This document shows, in pieces, positions 37,745-50,304 of a stretch of DNA of 64,000 nucleotides. Every line of letters begins with the position of its first letter. Within the stretch, counting starts at the first letter, position 1. The notes beneath the pieces were generated by a model. It saw only the letters and a list, made by a program, of their open reading frames with translations. It searched no databases and was not told the origin of the DNA. The position numbers and the translations under genes are program-made. Source of the stretch: Botryllus schlosseri (Eukaryota); NCBI GenBank assembly GCA_051294905.1, contig CM119379.1, forward strand, positions 20,708,001-20,772,000, in the 5' to 3' direction.

Positions 37745-40700
37745 CTGGAAAAAGTAGACACTCGTCAATCTGCTGGATCGGTTCATCTGGCGGGTTACGG
37801 TCTTCGGTCGTACGGAACGAGACATGAAAACTATCCGAGGTTGTCGCACGCTAAATAATATAATTACGAGCGCAGTAACGAAGCGTGGCATTGATTTCGT
37901 CTGGCCTGTTTGTTTGCGGGCCGTGACATGCATGAAGGTAGACGATATATATGGATGAATACCTAATGTGCACATCTATCAAGGTTGGTGGTTTCTCCGG
38001 TTAGATTCTAATATAATCAATTGCGAACGATTTTATGGGTAGCTTCACGAATCCATGATATAGAGATGTTAATTGACATAAATTTACCACTCTGGAGGTC
38101 CCTTATTTTCCCATCTCGACGTTTTCATTTTTTTTTTAGACGATCGTGATTCGTGTATATTTGATATTTCAAAACGAATGATCGTATGAAAACTATACAT
38201 AATGCTGTTATTATAGACTATCGAAAAGACTAATGATACGATTCAGCATCCAAGCATTCGGATTGGATCAATGTGTCTCGCTTTATTTGACAAGATTTTG
38301 TCTTTTACGTAGAACTCTAATCTACGGATGTAAAATAAAACCTATTCGTAACGACGTACGCCGAGGAAGGACTATACCGCCCAACGTTCATAAAATACAG
38401 CGTATGTATTTGAGATTGATTTTGGTGGCGCAAAACATACGGTTTACAATTACAATGATCCTCATATGCGCGTAGGTGTACTACCTTAGCGAAGGCAATA
38501 CGTGTTACAACGCAGCGTCGGGTAACGAATTTGCGATTAAACATTAATGTAACAAACTTGACTAATTGATACAAGTCGATCAGAGCATTATTAAGATCAT
38601 AAAACGCTTTAGGTTCGTCAATTTTTAAGTTTGCCAGCATAGGGTCGGGCGTAGAGGCACGCTTACATTGATTCGATGGCGCGTATATATGTGTTTGTGT
38701 AGTTTTGTCACTCTCGTTTTATTCCTGTTTTAGGCCTTTCGTGATATTAGATCGTATATATACCGGCGTAAATGCCACGCCGTCGTGTGTGGCGCGGATA
38801 TATTCGTCACTGGTGTAGATTCAGGTTTAAATCACGTACGCGTGGTTAAATCGCTATTATTGAACCGTCGTACTAGGGACACGGAGAATCCCTTACGAAC
38901 ATGGCATTATTTAAACGCCGCGACTTATCCGTTTAAGAACGAAAAGATAAAATAAAGAAAAATATGGCCAAAGCGCCGGGGAGAGTGACATTCTTTCGAG
39001 AATGCATGTTGGACTTGTTGGCATAATATCGTGTGACATCACACATGCGTTGCCGACATTCGGGGCGCTTTCGCACGTATGGGGTCTAACCCAGTCGCGG
39101 GCGACTGCCAATCTTTCATCGGCTGCAAGTCCCTAGTCGAAACACTACACGCAATTTTTCACGTCCGCCCGCGCGTTGTTCAAACGATTTCTACTACGAG
39201 AAAACGGGCGTTAAAACCTCAATTTTTACACGCTACCCGTGCCAGTATCAACAAGGGCTTATTGTGTGAGATATTTGTTTGTGAACGGAGGTCTGCATGT
39301 GATAACCTATGACGTCGAATGTATACCTTGCCTATCCATCGCTAAGAAAATAGAAAGTTTTTACAAAGGCGTGAGTTTGTAGTAACACAGGTACGGAATC
39401 ATTCTTAGGAACACCGCTGTGGATATTAAAGCATAACTACACACCTAGTAGGTTTACGCGGCGGGTGTTAATATTATTATCTTCTTAGCAGAGACCGGAA
39501 CCGATCTTGAAATCTATTTGTGATAGTCTGTGAAAAGCCTCTTCATATTGAACCAAGCGGAAAACTCCATTTGCACAAGTCAAATGAACAACGGGAAAAG
39601 GCGTTCGCGTTTCTACACGAGTCGCTTTCTACAAAACCCATAAAACGTGTCGATCTATTCAGCGCGTTACGCGGCCGCATTCAATAGCTCAATAATCTTA
39701 TGTCCGTGGATTAACATTTGTTGCTAATTTTGCACGCCGCGTGGCCACTAAAAACTTTCGTATCCGTATCGCCAGCGATATTGGTAGCAAGCAAACCGAT
39801 ATTTCTACTTCGCAATGCGGATTTTTAATCGCGTATCTCCGCTCCGCCATACAACGGATGCCGCATGCGTTATCCGCCATTTTGTGAAGCGAGCAATATG
39901 CCGACAAAATTGCGGTTGGGCACGCCGTCTTTTTGAGGTTGCCGTTGAAAGGCCTCTTTTAATCATGCCATCTCATGCGGGGCGAGAAATGACGCTCCAA
40001 TCTGATTTTAAAAGTGAATGCGCCGGGCTCGTACGTTGGAGCATCAAGCAACACGAATCCGTTTGTTAAAAATTGTCATTGCCACGATCAACCTAATCCT
40101 TGATTAGGTCTTTACGTACCGCAGATTTATTTCTAGTCTCGACTACGCAATACGTTACCATGCACAATTGTAATGTACATGCCAGTAGCGCGTGTTTGAA
40201 TTCCTGGGCCGTGTATACTCGATGTTTTAAATTCATAGTGTACGGTATCGATGGTCAATGGTCGTGGTCAGCGGTCATCTATACGCACCAGGCCCGTACG
40301 TTTGTTGCAGCAAGGGATTTAGAGCAGGCTATGTTGTTCGCTCTATGCTTTTGTAAGACATTAAATAGCCAGACGTTGGGAAATATGGACAAAATTGAGC
40401 AATGAAACCCTATAATATAAGCGCTTGGTTCGAATCTAGCAGAATTTACAATTATCGATCGCTGACACATAGATAGGCTTTTATTTGTCATATTAATAAA
40501 CAAAGACGTATATCACTGCGTTTCTTGACATTAGAATTGTAGCCTTCCATTTCAATTGTATCTTTAGATGCGCGGAGTCCAACACATGTACAAAGACTGT
40601 ATCACGACAGCATTCCGTTTTTTAGCAGTGAGTTTTGACGGACGGGGTCGGTTGATCCATTCTGATCAAATACGCCCGGATTTTGCACCGGGCCCGATCT

Positions 40701-41683
40701 GATTTTTTATTGCTAAATAGTAGGTTATGAGCTTGTGCAAGCACAGTAGCGGTAGCGTTGTAATAACCGCTCGACAAGTTGCACAAATACCAACGCATTC
40801 GGCTTGGCGATGTTCACAATATAAAGCGCACTTTTACGAGCGGGAACGAGAGGTAACAATCCGTCTGATACACTGCAGATGGGTGATGTGTTCTCTTTAC
40901 GATTAACGTATACTTTTATTAACAGCGCGGACAACTTGCCGCTGGACAATGAGGGATGAATCATACATCACCGTGCAAGTTCGGAACCGACATTCCAAAA
41001 CTAATAAATATACATATGGTTGGTATTGCCGCCGCAAATGAAATCGACATTGCAAACGATATCGCGATCATATAACGCACAGCTGTGACAGATTTACTCG
41101 TTTCATACATAACATGATATTAAAATTTCCTATTGATAATAACATTTCTAAGATTTGTAAAAGATTTGTCATACGCGAATTTACGTGTCGAACGCACAGT
41201 TTCAGTGTACGAATCAACCAATTTTAAGCAACTGAGTATATAGTGTAAGCTACAAAAACTCATCGTATAAATATCGGCAGACAGACCAGCAAGAAACATT
41301 CCGGCGTATTTAAATCAGATTTTTTGGCGAAAATCTACTAATTTGAACTTAACTTAACAGTCTATTTGCCGAATTTCGATACTGGACTCGTGTTATATTC
41401 AAATTATGTTCTTAAAATACAAGTTATTACTTCACTCTAAACACATATGTATCATAAAGTAGTCTGTCGACGTTGCAGTCTGGCGTAAAAAATTTCTGAC
41501 AATTTCTGACCCTTATGACATTCTGTAATGGCAAATCCATATCACATAAGTGACAACAAACTGTCGCGATAGACTCGACGGCGGTACGGCGCTATCTCAT
41601 GGGAAAATGATCGCGTCGCCTTCGACTGCTAGAACCGTACGCCGGCGACGAAATTGTAACTTGCCGAAAAAATGATTACTCAC

Positions 41684-41735
41684 CGCCGGCGCCCGTCATG
41701 TGCGGCACGACGCCTGCTTGGCTCGGGTCGCCCAT
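41684..41735 (-). CDS. Isl: Islet coding exon 1 (MGDPSQAGVVPHMTGAG+G), phase-1 donor
   Basis: ATG GGC GAC CCG matches the MGDMGDP start of chordate Islet proteins. Strong donor G|GTGAGT at 41684/41683, and the phase fits exon 2. The true start may lie further upstream (see findings). Confidence 0.8.
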
Positions 41736-44700
41736 GTCACGCAAGTCACCGACAGCCAGTTTGCTGTCGATCGCGGGCACGCTAACGTCGTAGATCCCAG
41801 GCTCCAGCGAATCCGTCTTCTCGTGTGGGAATAGTAAACCCAATATCTGATCGCTCTCGGAGCAATGTTGAGGTAGAATCTTGTCGTTTGGACGCCGCCT
41901 GTTAGCAGCTGCTAGAATCCGAAGGAAATGGGTGGGATTTCGGGAGATTTTTTAAGGCCAGCGTGTCTCGGAAAACGGGTGCAGTATAGTCAGCCTGTGT
42001 CTTATTATAAACATAAATATATATCCGTATATATGTTCTGTAAAAGAAACGCGAAATTACCAACACGCCTTGGCGTTGATGAAAGCTCGCCGGAAAAATA
42101 CACAAGTGTGAATGACACGACAAGCAAAGACAATATGACTGTATGCATACAGCGAGCATCTTTCTTCTACGACGCAATTTAACTTGACGTGCACTGGTGA
42201 TTTGCAGGTACCCCGAACTTTTTCCATGTTCTCTCTCACGGCGCGTATTCTCGCATTGGAAATGACTTCCGACAGAACACGGCCGCTCGTGACATTTGGA
42301 ATATTCCACAAAATGGCAGCGTGACAGCGGGTTTCGGACCGCGATAGACGGACTGTCATCAAACTGTTTCAACGGCCTCATAAAGTTTGCAAGCTGGGCA
42401 TGCGGGGGCCCTAAAAATTTACAGCGATAGGGATTTGTCATCCGACCGAGTTCCAACATTACCGAATACATCCGCGATAGCGGATCTAACGATCTCACCA
42501 CGGCAGTGGCGATAAAACAAACGGGCTCATTTCGTGAAGTCAAAGCGTTAACTTGCAAGAGTGTTAACTCCTAACTTCAGTCAGGGCAAAGTCCGGAACA
42601 TAAAGGGAATATCGTCGTAAATTGTCCGGAAAATATTTTGCTTTATTTCTCGTCTCGGCGGCGTATCAAAGCGCCGGTGACCGTGTCCGATTACCGATAC
42701 GGGCAGTTAAACGTATCGTAATTTTCGGTATTTAGCAGACTCAACTATGTAATGGACCATGCTTTGATATAAGTTACTATCATGACCAATTCATTTTGAA
42801 AATCCGCCGTATTAGGTTCATTAGCGTTATGAATGGATTTATGCCGTTTCAAGACACAATCGCAGGCCAATCTATTCAGTAGTGGGCGAACAAATGCGTT
42901 TCGAAACGAGTACACCTGCTGTCGAAAAAATATATGTCAATCAAAATGTACCGTACGAGACCTTTGTCAAATATCACCAAGGCACGTATTATGGCGCTGC
43001 GTAGTGTTAAAAGTTCACTGGACAATGCCGCTGGAGACTGGCTTATTTGCTCGAAACCCGCGCTCAGAAGTTGAAATTTACCAATGCCGCCGCTCGGTCT
43101 TCAGCGACTGTCATTTTTCGTTGCGCATGCCTAATTTTCTTATCGATAAAATTATTGTGACTGGAGTCGCACTCGCCCTCACGAGTATGGGGAATCTTGG
43201 GACGCCATCTTACATACATCGATTTGGACGCGCAAAACAATTTTTCTACCGTCCACAAACAACACTTGTACAACTCTGTTGACTATACGACAATTATCAT
43301 TGCTCAAAGACACCTCGGTGTTACATCCTGCGCAAACAAGCGCGCGTACTCCGCACCCCTTCCAAGCTATTCCTCATCTGTAGGCTAAATGCACCATCAA
43401 ATGGCGCTGCGCGTTCTCGTATCCGCAAGAGATCCGCCAATCAACCGGGCGTTTTTTCCCGCAAGACCAAGACGTTCTCTAACATCGGCTAAGTAGCTCT
43501 ATATTGTCGAATTGAAAATATCATATTACGGTATCGCTACGCATGCCTCTCCAAGTCTACTGCGTTGTGAAATGCTTCGACTCGGCATTGTCAGATATTA
43601 GGAATGCGTTCTCTTTTAGGTAGTGTACTGCGACAAAAATATGCGTCTTATATCTATTACATTTCTCAAATTCCAGCTCTATGATCAGATATGCATCAAC
43701 GAGAATTCCGACCACTGAATAGTTGGACGTAATCGGTTAACGCTAATGACAGACTCTCATGATATCTGCCATTGCTATTTTTGTCCGATTTCTAATAATA
43801 TCGTTACGACAATAAACACGATACTTATGGAGCGATAACATATCTTCGCCCCGGCTGATATCCGTCATAAATGCGTCGCAGTTCGGGAGAATATTAGCTC
43901 GGCGCTATTTTTGTGCCGCGTAAAATTAGTATTTCGCTAATAGAAATTTCAGGAATCTCAATGCATCGCGTAATCTTGACTTGTGCCGTCGGATTGGTAT
44001 TATGATTGCCGGTTCGACCGGTACCGACGACTTGCGTAGTTTTGAGAATGGTAACAGTTGATGACGATACCCCATTTCCTTGAGCTACCGACACCGAAGC
44101 AACTGAGATGCCGGGATTTGTGCTCTGACACTATGAAATTTCAGCTACGTCCCTGTGGGTAAAAAGATATTCAGATCATACAGGCGTTTCTCTCCTATTT
44201 TATATTTCAAGAACGTCGCTACCTCCAACTTGCGGGAGGAGGTTTTCGTGTTAATGACTTTTTCCCACGTAGTAAACAGTCTGTACATTGTACCGTACCG
44301 GATATTAAAATCCAGTGTTATCTAGATATCCCTGATTGCAATCATATCTGGTGATCGACATAGCATCATTCTGTGCCAACCAGATCAAAATGGTTCGCGA
44401 TCACTCGAATACTAAAGAGGTCTGACTATGGTATTCTAGTCCTACTTATAAACAAATAAATATGTTGTAAGGTTTGGTGTCAGTATAATGTTAGAGATAA
44501 TGAAACAACAATTGAACTAATAATCCATAGGAATTGTCGAGGCATGAATTTGAATGCTTTTATGACCTTTTCATATCTGTTGGAATACGCGGCAGTAGTA
44601 CTGTCGTAGCGTGTTGAAGTTAGTGACCTCACAATTCACAGTAATATCGCTAGTGCATTCATTGGACCCAATCAAGTTATATACCTGTGTGTAAGTTGTA

Positions 44701-47700
44701 ACATCATCTTGATAATATAAACAGTAATATCGGCACTTCATTGGCGATAACTTTCAATAAAGATATATGCCTGCAACATAATAATTCATGGAGTTATCTC
44801 GAAGGTTTTAACAACTGAGGTAGCCTACTAATATTTCTGCTTGAAACCCAGCATGAATATTGCACACTCACGATGGAAGTTCCCAGCAATGCCTCGATAA
44901 CGGATGTTGAACTAAGATACATCCAGCATTTAGTATAAATTCCATTCGAGCCAGTAAATGCTCATAACGATTGCGACTGCATGCTTCCCCGTAAGCATGG
45001 AACAGTTGTGGAATTTCTAACATGTCCTACCTAACTTTGAGTTATTGGATCTGCTAATATTGTTGCAGGGAGTGCGCCGTTCAGCTTCTTCGGTTGTCTG
45101 TCGCTAACCCCGAACCTCTCTTCTCTTAGAAAATACAGTCAGTCTAATAATACAATCCTATGACGTGAACAGTGTCGCCCAGTTGGCAAATCACTACAGG
45201 GTATCGGGCGGACGGTACAGGAATGTTTGTAAAAATAATCTTGGAGCTTAGAAAACTGTTCGAGTGTCCGCACAATACACAGAGCAAACATTGTCGTCGC
45301 AGAACGATACTTGAATGTATCGGAAAACGCACGCCTGTATCTTGTAACAAACATATCGAGATCAAAGAACATGCACCGCACGGTTTACTTTGGTAAGAAT
45401 ACAAACGAGTATATGTTTCATGTGCTCACTTTGAAGAAAGTCCATCATATTATAGATGGAGACATATATATCGATTATGATCCCGTGAACCCACACCTGA
45501 GATTAACCGTGAATATATATTTCTGGACCTTAAAAAGAGCTATATATGTATGCTAGAAAATCGGTGGTGCTTCTTGACCAACCAACCACACTCGCAGTAA
45601 TGTCTTTCAAATAACGCGCCTGATATGGTGTAATTGAATTGATCTTCGATTCAAGCTCATTGTAACCTTGATAAACCTCAACTAGCGCTTAGATAATTTG
45701 CACTGTTATCACGAAATTTACACATGTGACACGCATATTTACACACATAAATGATTTCAAATTGTAATACTAGTTAATAGCGAGCGGAAATGGACCCAAA
45801 TGAACGCTTAGCCTCGATCACATATTCATGTAACAGCTTGATAATACTACTCCACAGCTACCAATGAATTTTCTGCTATATTATTTCTCTGCGAATTGGT
45901 AACCCTACAACGAAGCATTAGTTACAACTATAGTCCCAGCGGTCTCCACCCTTTTCTTTTCTGCGTCGTCCAAGCGTCATTCAATATCTGTCGCCAGTAC
46001 TGCGATGCCAAGCGAGGCAACTATACATACAGGAAGTGCTCAGTTTCACCAAGATCAGGGTTACAAGAATATATTTGCCATTTCACACCTGCATATCTTG
46101 TTTCACGCGGACACGACACGTTGTGACTATCCGCTTTCAAAACACATTCGATATGTTACTGATTGGCCAGAGCTCCTATATCCCTACCTGTTTCCTTCCT
46201 TACTTCAACTGAGCTTGGGAATGTTGTTTTTGTTTGGGGAACCATGATTTTGGTTAATTAGTCAGCGAAATAACACGAGGGTTTGCGTAAGGAAAATCTG
46301 AGGCAATTATCAAACCGGTGTGAAACGCCAAGCAAACATACTCTCCAACTTATATATTGCAAAGCATTTCGCAATCAATCACTATTCCACTTTCTGAAAT
46401 CGCATATTTTTTTCGTGTCTTGGGACCAGACTAATATAGACTTGGACATTCACCGGATGTGTGGAAACAGTATCCTGATAGATGGAAGATAGATACGGAA
46501 AGCACTCTTGCCAGTATGACTTCTTTGTCACCTATACGCGATTCCAAGAATCGGAGTATATGATTGGGTTTGCGAACATTACAACTGGTGCTGCTTTCCA
46601 ATACTTCATATATCTTTTTCTCACTGGTTAGTCAAACCTAAATACTATTTGCTGGCCCTAATAATTATGACATGGCATAACTTTTTCATTGTTGACTCCG
46701 GCTTGTAGGAATTGCAGAAACGTGGACAATGGCACTTCTGCCTACTACAATGACTTTGTCGGTTACAAGAGGGGCCGCGATTTGTTGCGTGTCGTTTTTA
46801 CTGACGAAAGCATCCCTTTAGCTCAAGGAAGTTATTTCCCATAACACCAGCATTTCGCTACTGAACCCTTGGTCCGACAGGCGATGGTCATCAGTATTGA
46901 ACTATTGATACATTCTTGAAAGCGTCCAACGGAGAGTATAACAATGTAATGACCAGTCAGCTACTATATTGTGATCCGTCTCCCTTTATATTGGATGGGT
47001 CTCATTTATTTTTGCAATTTGCATGACGCATGATAATTCTTTCAGCTACATCAACTAAACGCAGTGGACAATGTGCGATCTAAGAAGCTTATCCGCTGGC
47101 ATACTGCACGTTTCGGTTGCTCCCTGCCATCACTGCATTAGCATTAGCGAGATCGGCAGGATATTTGATATTCAATCTATCCCTTGCGGCATTAACCTTG
47201 CTTGTCTGTTAACCCGTTTTCTATTAGATGCATCTTGTCTATTGTGCATCCACTTCACTAACCAGGAAATCATCTTTGGATACGACTTCATTGATACTTG
47301 CTATAGGTAAACCTCATGTTATTGGGATACAACGTATGCCGGTGTAGTACAATGGTGACAGAAATTCTCCTTTGAATTTTTATATTTACAATTATCGAAG
47401 GCTTTCTTGACAAGCCAGGCGGCAATGTCCCATAGTTACGGCTTTCTCATGGTCGAATCCAGTAAAAATCCGTTGCTTCTTTCCAATTAGAAACGCCGGG
47501 TGTAGAAGCAGGCGGCGTCTGGTAATGACTCATTATGTTTAGCGGTTGTAATACAATCATGGAGATTGAAATGCATTATGCTATCGAAACTTGAGTGGCG
47601 TTTTATCACTTCGGCACGCTCTCAGGTCACCAGCCCGCTATTATTATACGATGGTTCGCACCGTCGGCAGCAACTCAATTTGCAACACTGCTGCGTATAA

Positions 47701-49519
47701 ATAGGATCGATCGGCTTTGGTAATGAATTGATTGAGATGGTTACGGCATTAGAGGGGATTTCATTGGGATTGGATACCTCCATTGTGATTCTGGCTTCTT
47801 GTTAACACATCAAGGAGTTTGAAGTGGCCATTAGCAAACCCTTGTTTTCCTAATTTCAATAATTCAACTTAACAGGATTTAAGAGTCATATTCAAGGGCG
47901 GATTGTAGCGTGGCGATCGGAACTTGTGTATTCCGCTTGCTAATACATTTAATTGCTGTCATCTACGGATTCTGAGCGTGTTTTGACGCTGAGAAATCCA
48001 TGCCAGAGTGGGGAATCCTGTTTGGAAACCTTTTACTATATTCATTGCTGTTCTTATATATGCGATCTTCATCTCAATTTTATTTCGGAGATGAACGATC
48101 GCGCTTTTGGTCCACGAGCGCACTTCATTGGCCGCATTTTCAACGATATTATTTGAAACTGTAATAGCAAGGTTGATGGCCTGGTATTAACATAGTTAGA
48201 AGATAAATTGTGACCGCGTTTACTGCATAACCGCGCGATTGCCTGCCTAGGACCGTTAACTTGTCCCTTGTGCACTCATTCATCTGTTCTGAACAGAGAC
48301 ACGCGGCAAGCTAAACTATTAATATTGTCGACGTATTTTTCTTCTGGGTAAGCTGATTGTTTTAGCGGCTGAGACGATGATGTTTCATTGATTCACTTTA
48401 CGTCCGCGTTCACAGAAAAACGAATTCGAGGAAATGAAACTCCATACAGTTGCACAAAGTCAGTCGACATCGAAGATATAGACTCCAGCATTCTCATTAT
48501 ACTAAAAATTTCGTCTTCGTGGAATTCAAACCGAGAAGCGCTATTCCGTATGTTTGCTTAATACATTATGATAACCGGAAATCTGAAATATATCATTTCT
48601 TGCACGACAACTACATAAAGTTCACTGTGTTACCCCTGGAAAAAGACATATTTTGAATTCATTCGTCTGTAGAGATAAAGTGAATCCTATTCTAATGAAC
48701 TCATGCTGATTGTATCCTGTCAACAATGCATTTTTGACATTTCAATCACATTCAAGACACATTGCACTGTCGTCTTGATGAGGTTAAAATTCAGAACTAT
48801 TCGGATACGCCACAGACGAATGATATTCTGAACTGACTCGTGCGGTATGCTTGATGAGAAATATATATACGACATTTGAACTGACGCTTGTACCAGTTGA
48901 ACGCAATGTGCAATATACAGCTATTCCTTTACCAGTAGTTTTTCAGACGATACGAAGGTAAAGGTAGCCTAAATCTGATACATTCTGTCCGGCTGCCAGT
49001 TTTTGCCTCTTACCTGCCATCCCGCCAGACAATTTATTATGCCATTTAATCAGAGCGCAGAAACTCAATAAAAGTCACGACATCGCTTCGGAAGCGGTCC
49101 GAGTCGATCGCAATCGAGTTATGAGTTCGCTAAATTAATTAGGACAGTCCGAGTACAAACGACGTAATATTAAAGGTATGTTGAACGGGCGCTGGCTCTG
49201 GAATTTGCGCATAAATTGAGGCTGTTGTCACCACAATTTTTGGCGGTTACAATTTTTCTGTAAATTCATTTCTCGCAAAGCCGCGGGACGCATTCGGGGC
49301 GCATTCACATTTGCTCAGACTGATCATGGGCTATTTCTTGGGGCATATATCTAGATTTGTTATGATCATTATTCGTTATATTGTATATCTTCAATATTCT
49401 TTTTCGAATATTGTACCAGTTTGTGTCGTGCCAGTTGTCATTTCGCGCCAGCAGTCGCGAAGATGAACCTTAGAATTTCAAAAGTAAGTAACTCCGATCA
49501 ACTGCTAAAAGTTTGCGAA

Positions 49520-49625
49520 ACCCCGTCCAAAACTACTTTTGGAAACTATGTACTTGAGTAGTTTTTCGACCTTTCATTTCTACTTCCACTGGAAGTAGAT
49601 TTGGAAATTGCTACTTCTACTTGCA
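49520..49625. repeat. TACTT-rich dispersed repeat fragment
   Basis: ggaaactatgtacttgagtagtttttcgacctttcatttctacttccactggaagt; similar to 25868-25970. Confidence 0.6.
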
Positions 49626-49631
49626 ATTGAC

Positions 49632-50108
49632 CAGACTTGGACAACTAGAAAATTTTCAGCTTTTCCGAATTATATTAGAATTAAAATTAGAGCTACTTAG
49701 TTGTTTCCAAATTAGATAAGAATTAGAATTAGAATTAGAGCTACACAGATTTTTTCAAATTTGATTAGAATTAGAATTACTGTATCCGCGAAAACTTGGA
49801 AATTGACTGAAATTGTGAATGAGACTTAAATACAGCACAAATCAGTTCATATCAAATCATAGTACATCCCCGCCCCATAACCATGAGAATGGTTAACGTC
49901 TGTACACCAAGCTTGGCTCGTTTTATACTATACCAGGGGTCATCGCAATCGCGGCCGGCGATCTTATTTTTGATTTCGGAAGAACGCAAAATAAAGCATT
50001 ATGAAATGCTAAAATTGATTTCAGTTTCAAATTATTGTTGTTGCTTCAAAATAAGCTGTTCGCCTGCGCCCAGCAACACTAATCTACACTAGCTGAAACG
50101 GCTTCGGC
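49632..50108 (-). mobile_element. Inverted, truncated second copy of the composite element at 8506-9281
   Basis: About 480 bp colinear with the reverse complement of 8795-9281, including the TIR CAGACTTGGACAAC, (AATTAG)n arrays and the internal CAGGGGTCA junction. Confidence 0.9.
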
Positions 50109-50111
50109 GAT

Positions 50112-50243
50112 CTCCTATTGTAGACACAGCCTTGGCTGGTGTATTTTGATAAAATTCGACTCCAGGGTACACAAATGAAAGTGTGAACGGCCCCTTCCGA
50201 CGACGCGTTAATACACCAGGCAAGGCTGTGTCTACAAAAGGAG
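50112..50243. mobile_element. Small hairpin MITE (132 bp)
   Basis: 34-bp inverted repeats CTCCTATTGTAGACACAGCCTTGGCTGGTGTATT / AATACACCAGGCAAGGCTGTGTCTACAAAAGGAG. Confidence 0.8.
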
Positions 50244-50304
50244 CTCGTGTACCATCTAAAAATAGTACATTGAAAGCTCTCTTATTCGAAATTTCTTGAT
50301 GGTA

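Larger units (their letters stand above)
24635..41735 (-). other. Isl: Islet-class LIM-homeobox gene span (first supported ATG to putative poly(A) signal); 6 coding exons, 411 aa
   Basis: Six exons splice in frame (52+190+215+440+195+144 = 1236 nt) through canonical GT-AG junctions. The product has LIM1, LIM2, the Islet homeodomain and the LIM-binding domain. Confidence 0.97.

Noticed and set aside
42005-42035. TATA box for Islet
   Set aside because: AT-rich TATATAT tracts are present but there is no Inr at the expected distance; the Islet TSS is left unresolved.
41902-42558. 218-aa minus-strand ORF upstream of Islet exon 1
   Set aside because: Out of frame with Islet, includes low-complexity AT-rich translation (YIRIYIYVY), and has no domain. 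At most an upstream ORF.
44400-45060. Minus-strand hydrophobic translation faintly resembling a 7TM receptor
   Set aside because: Many stops and no clear DRY/NPxxY-type motif; cannot be told apart from AT-rich noise by eye.
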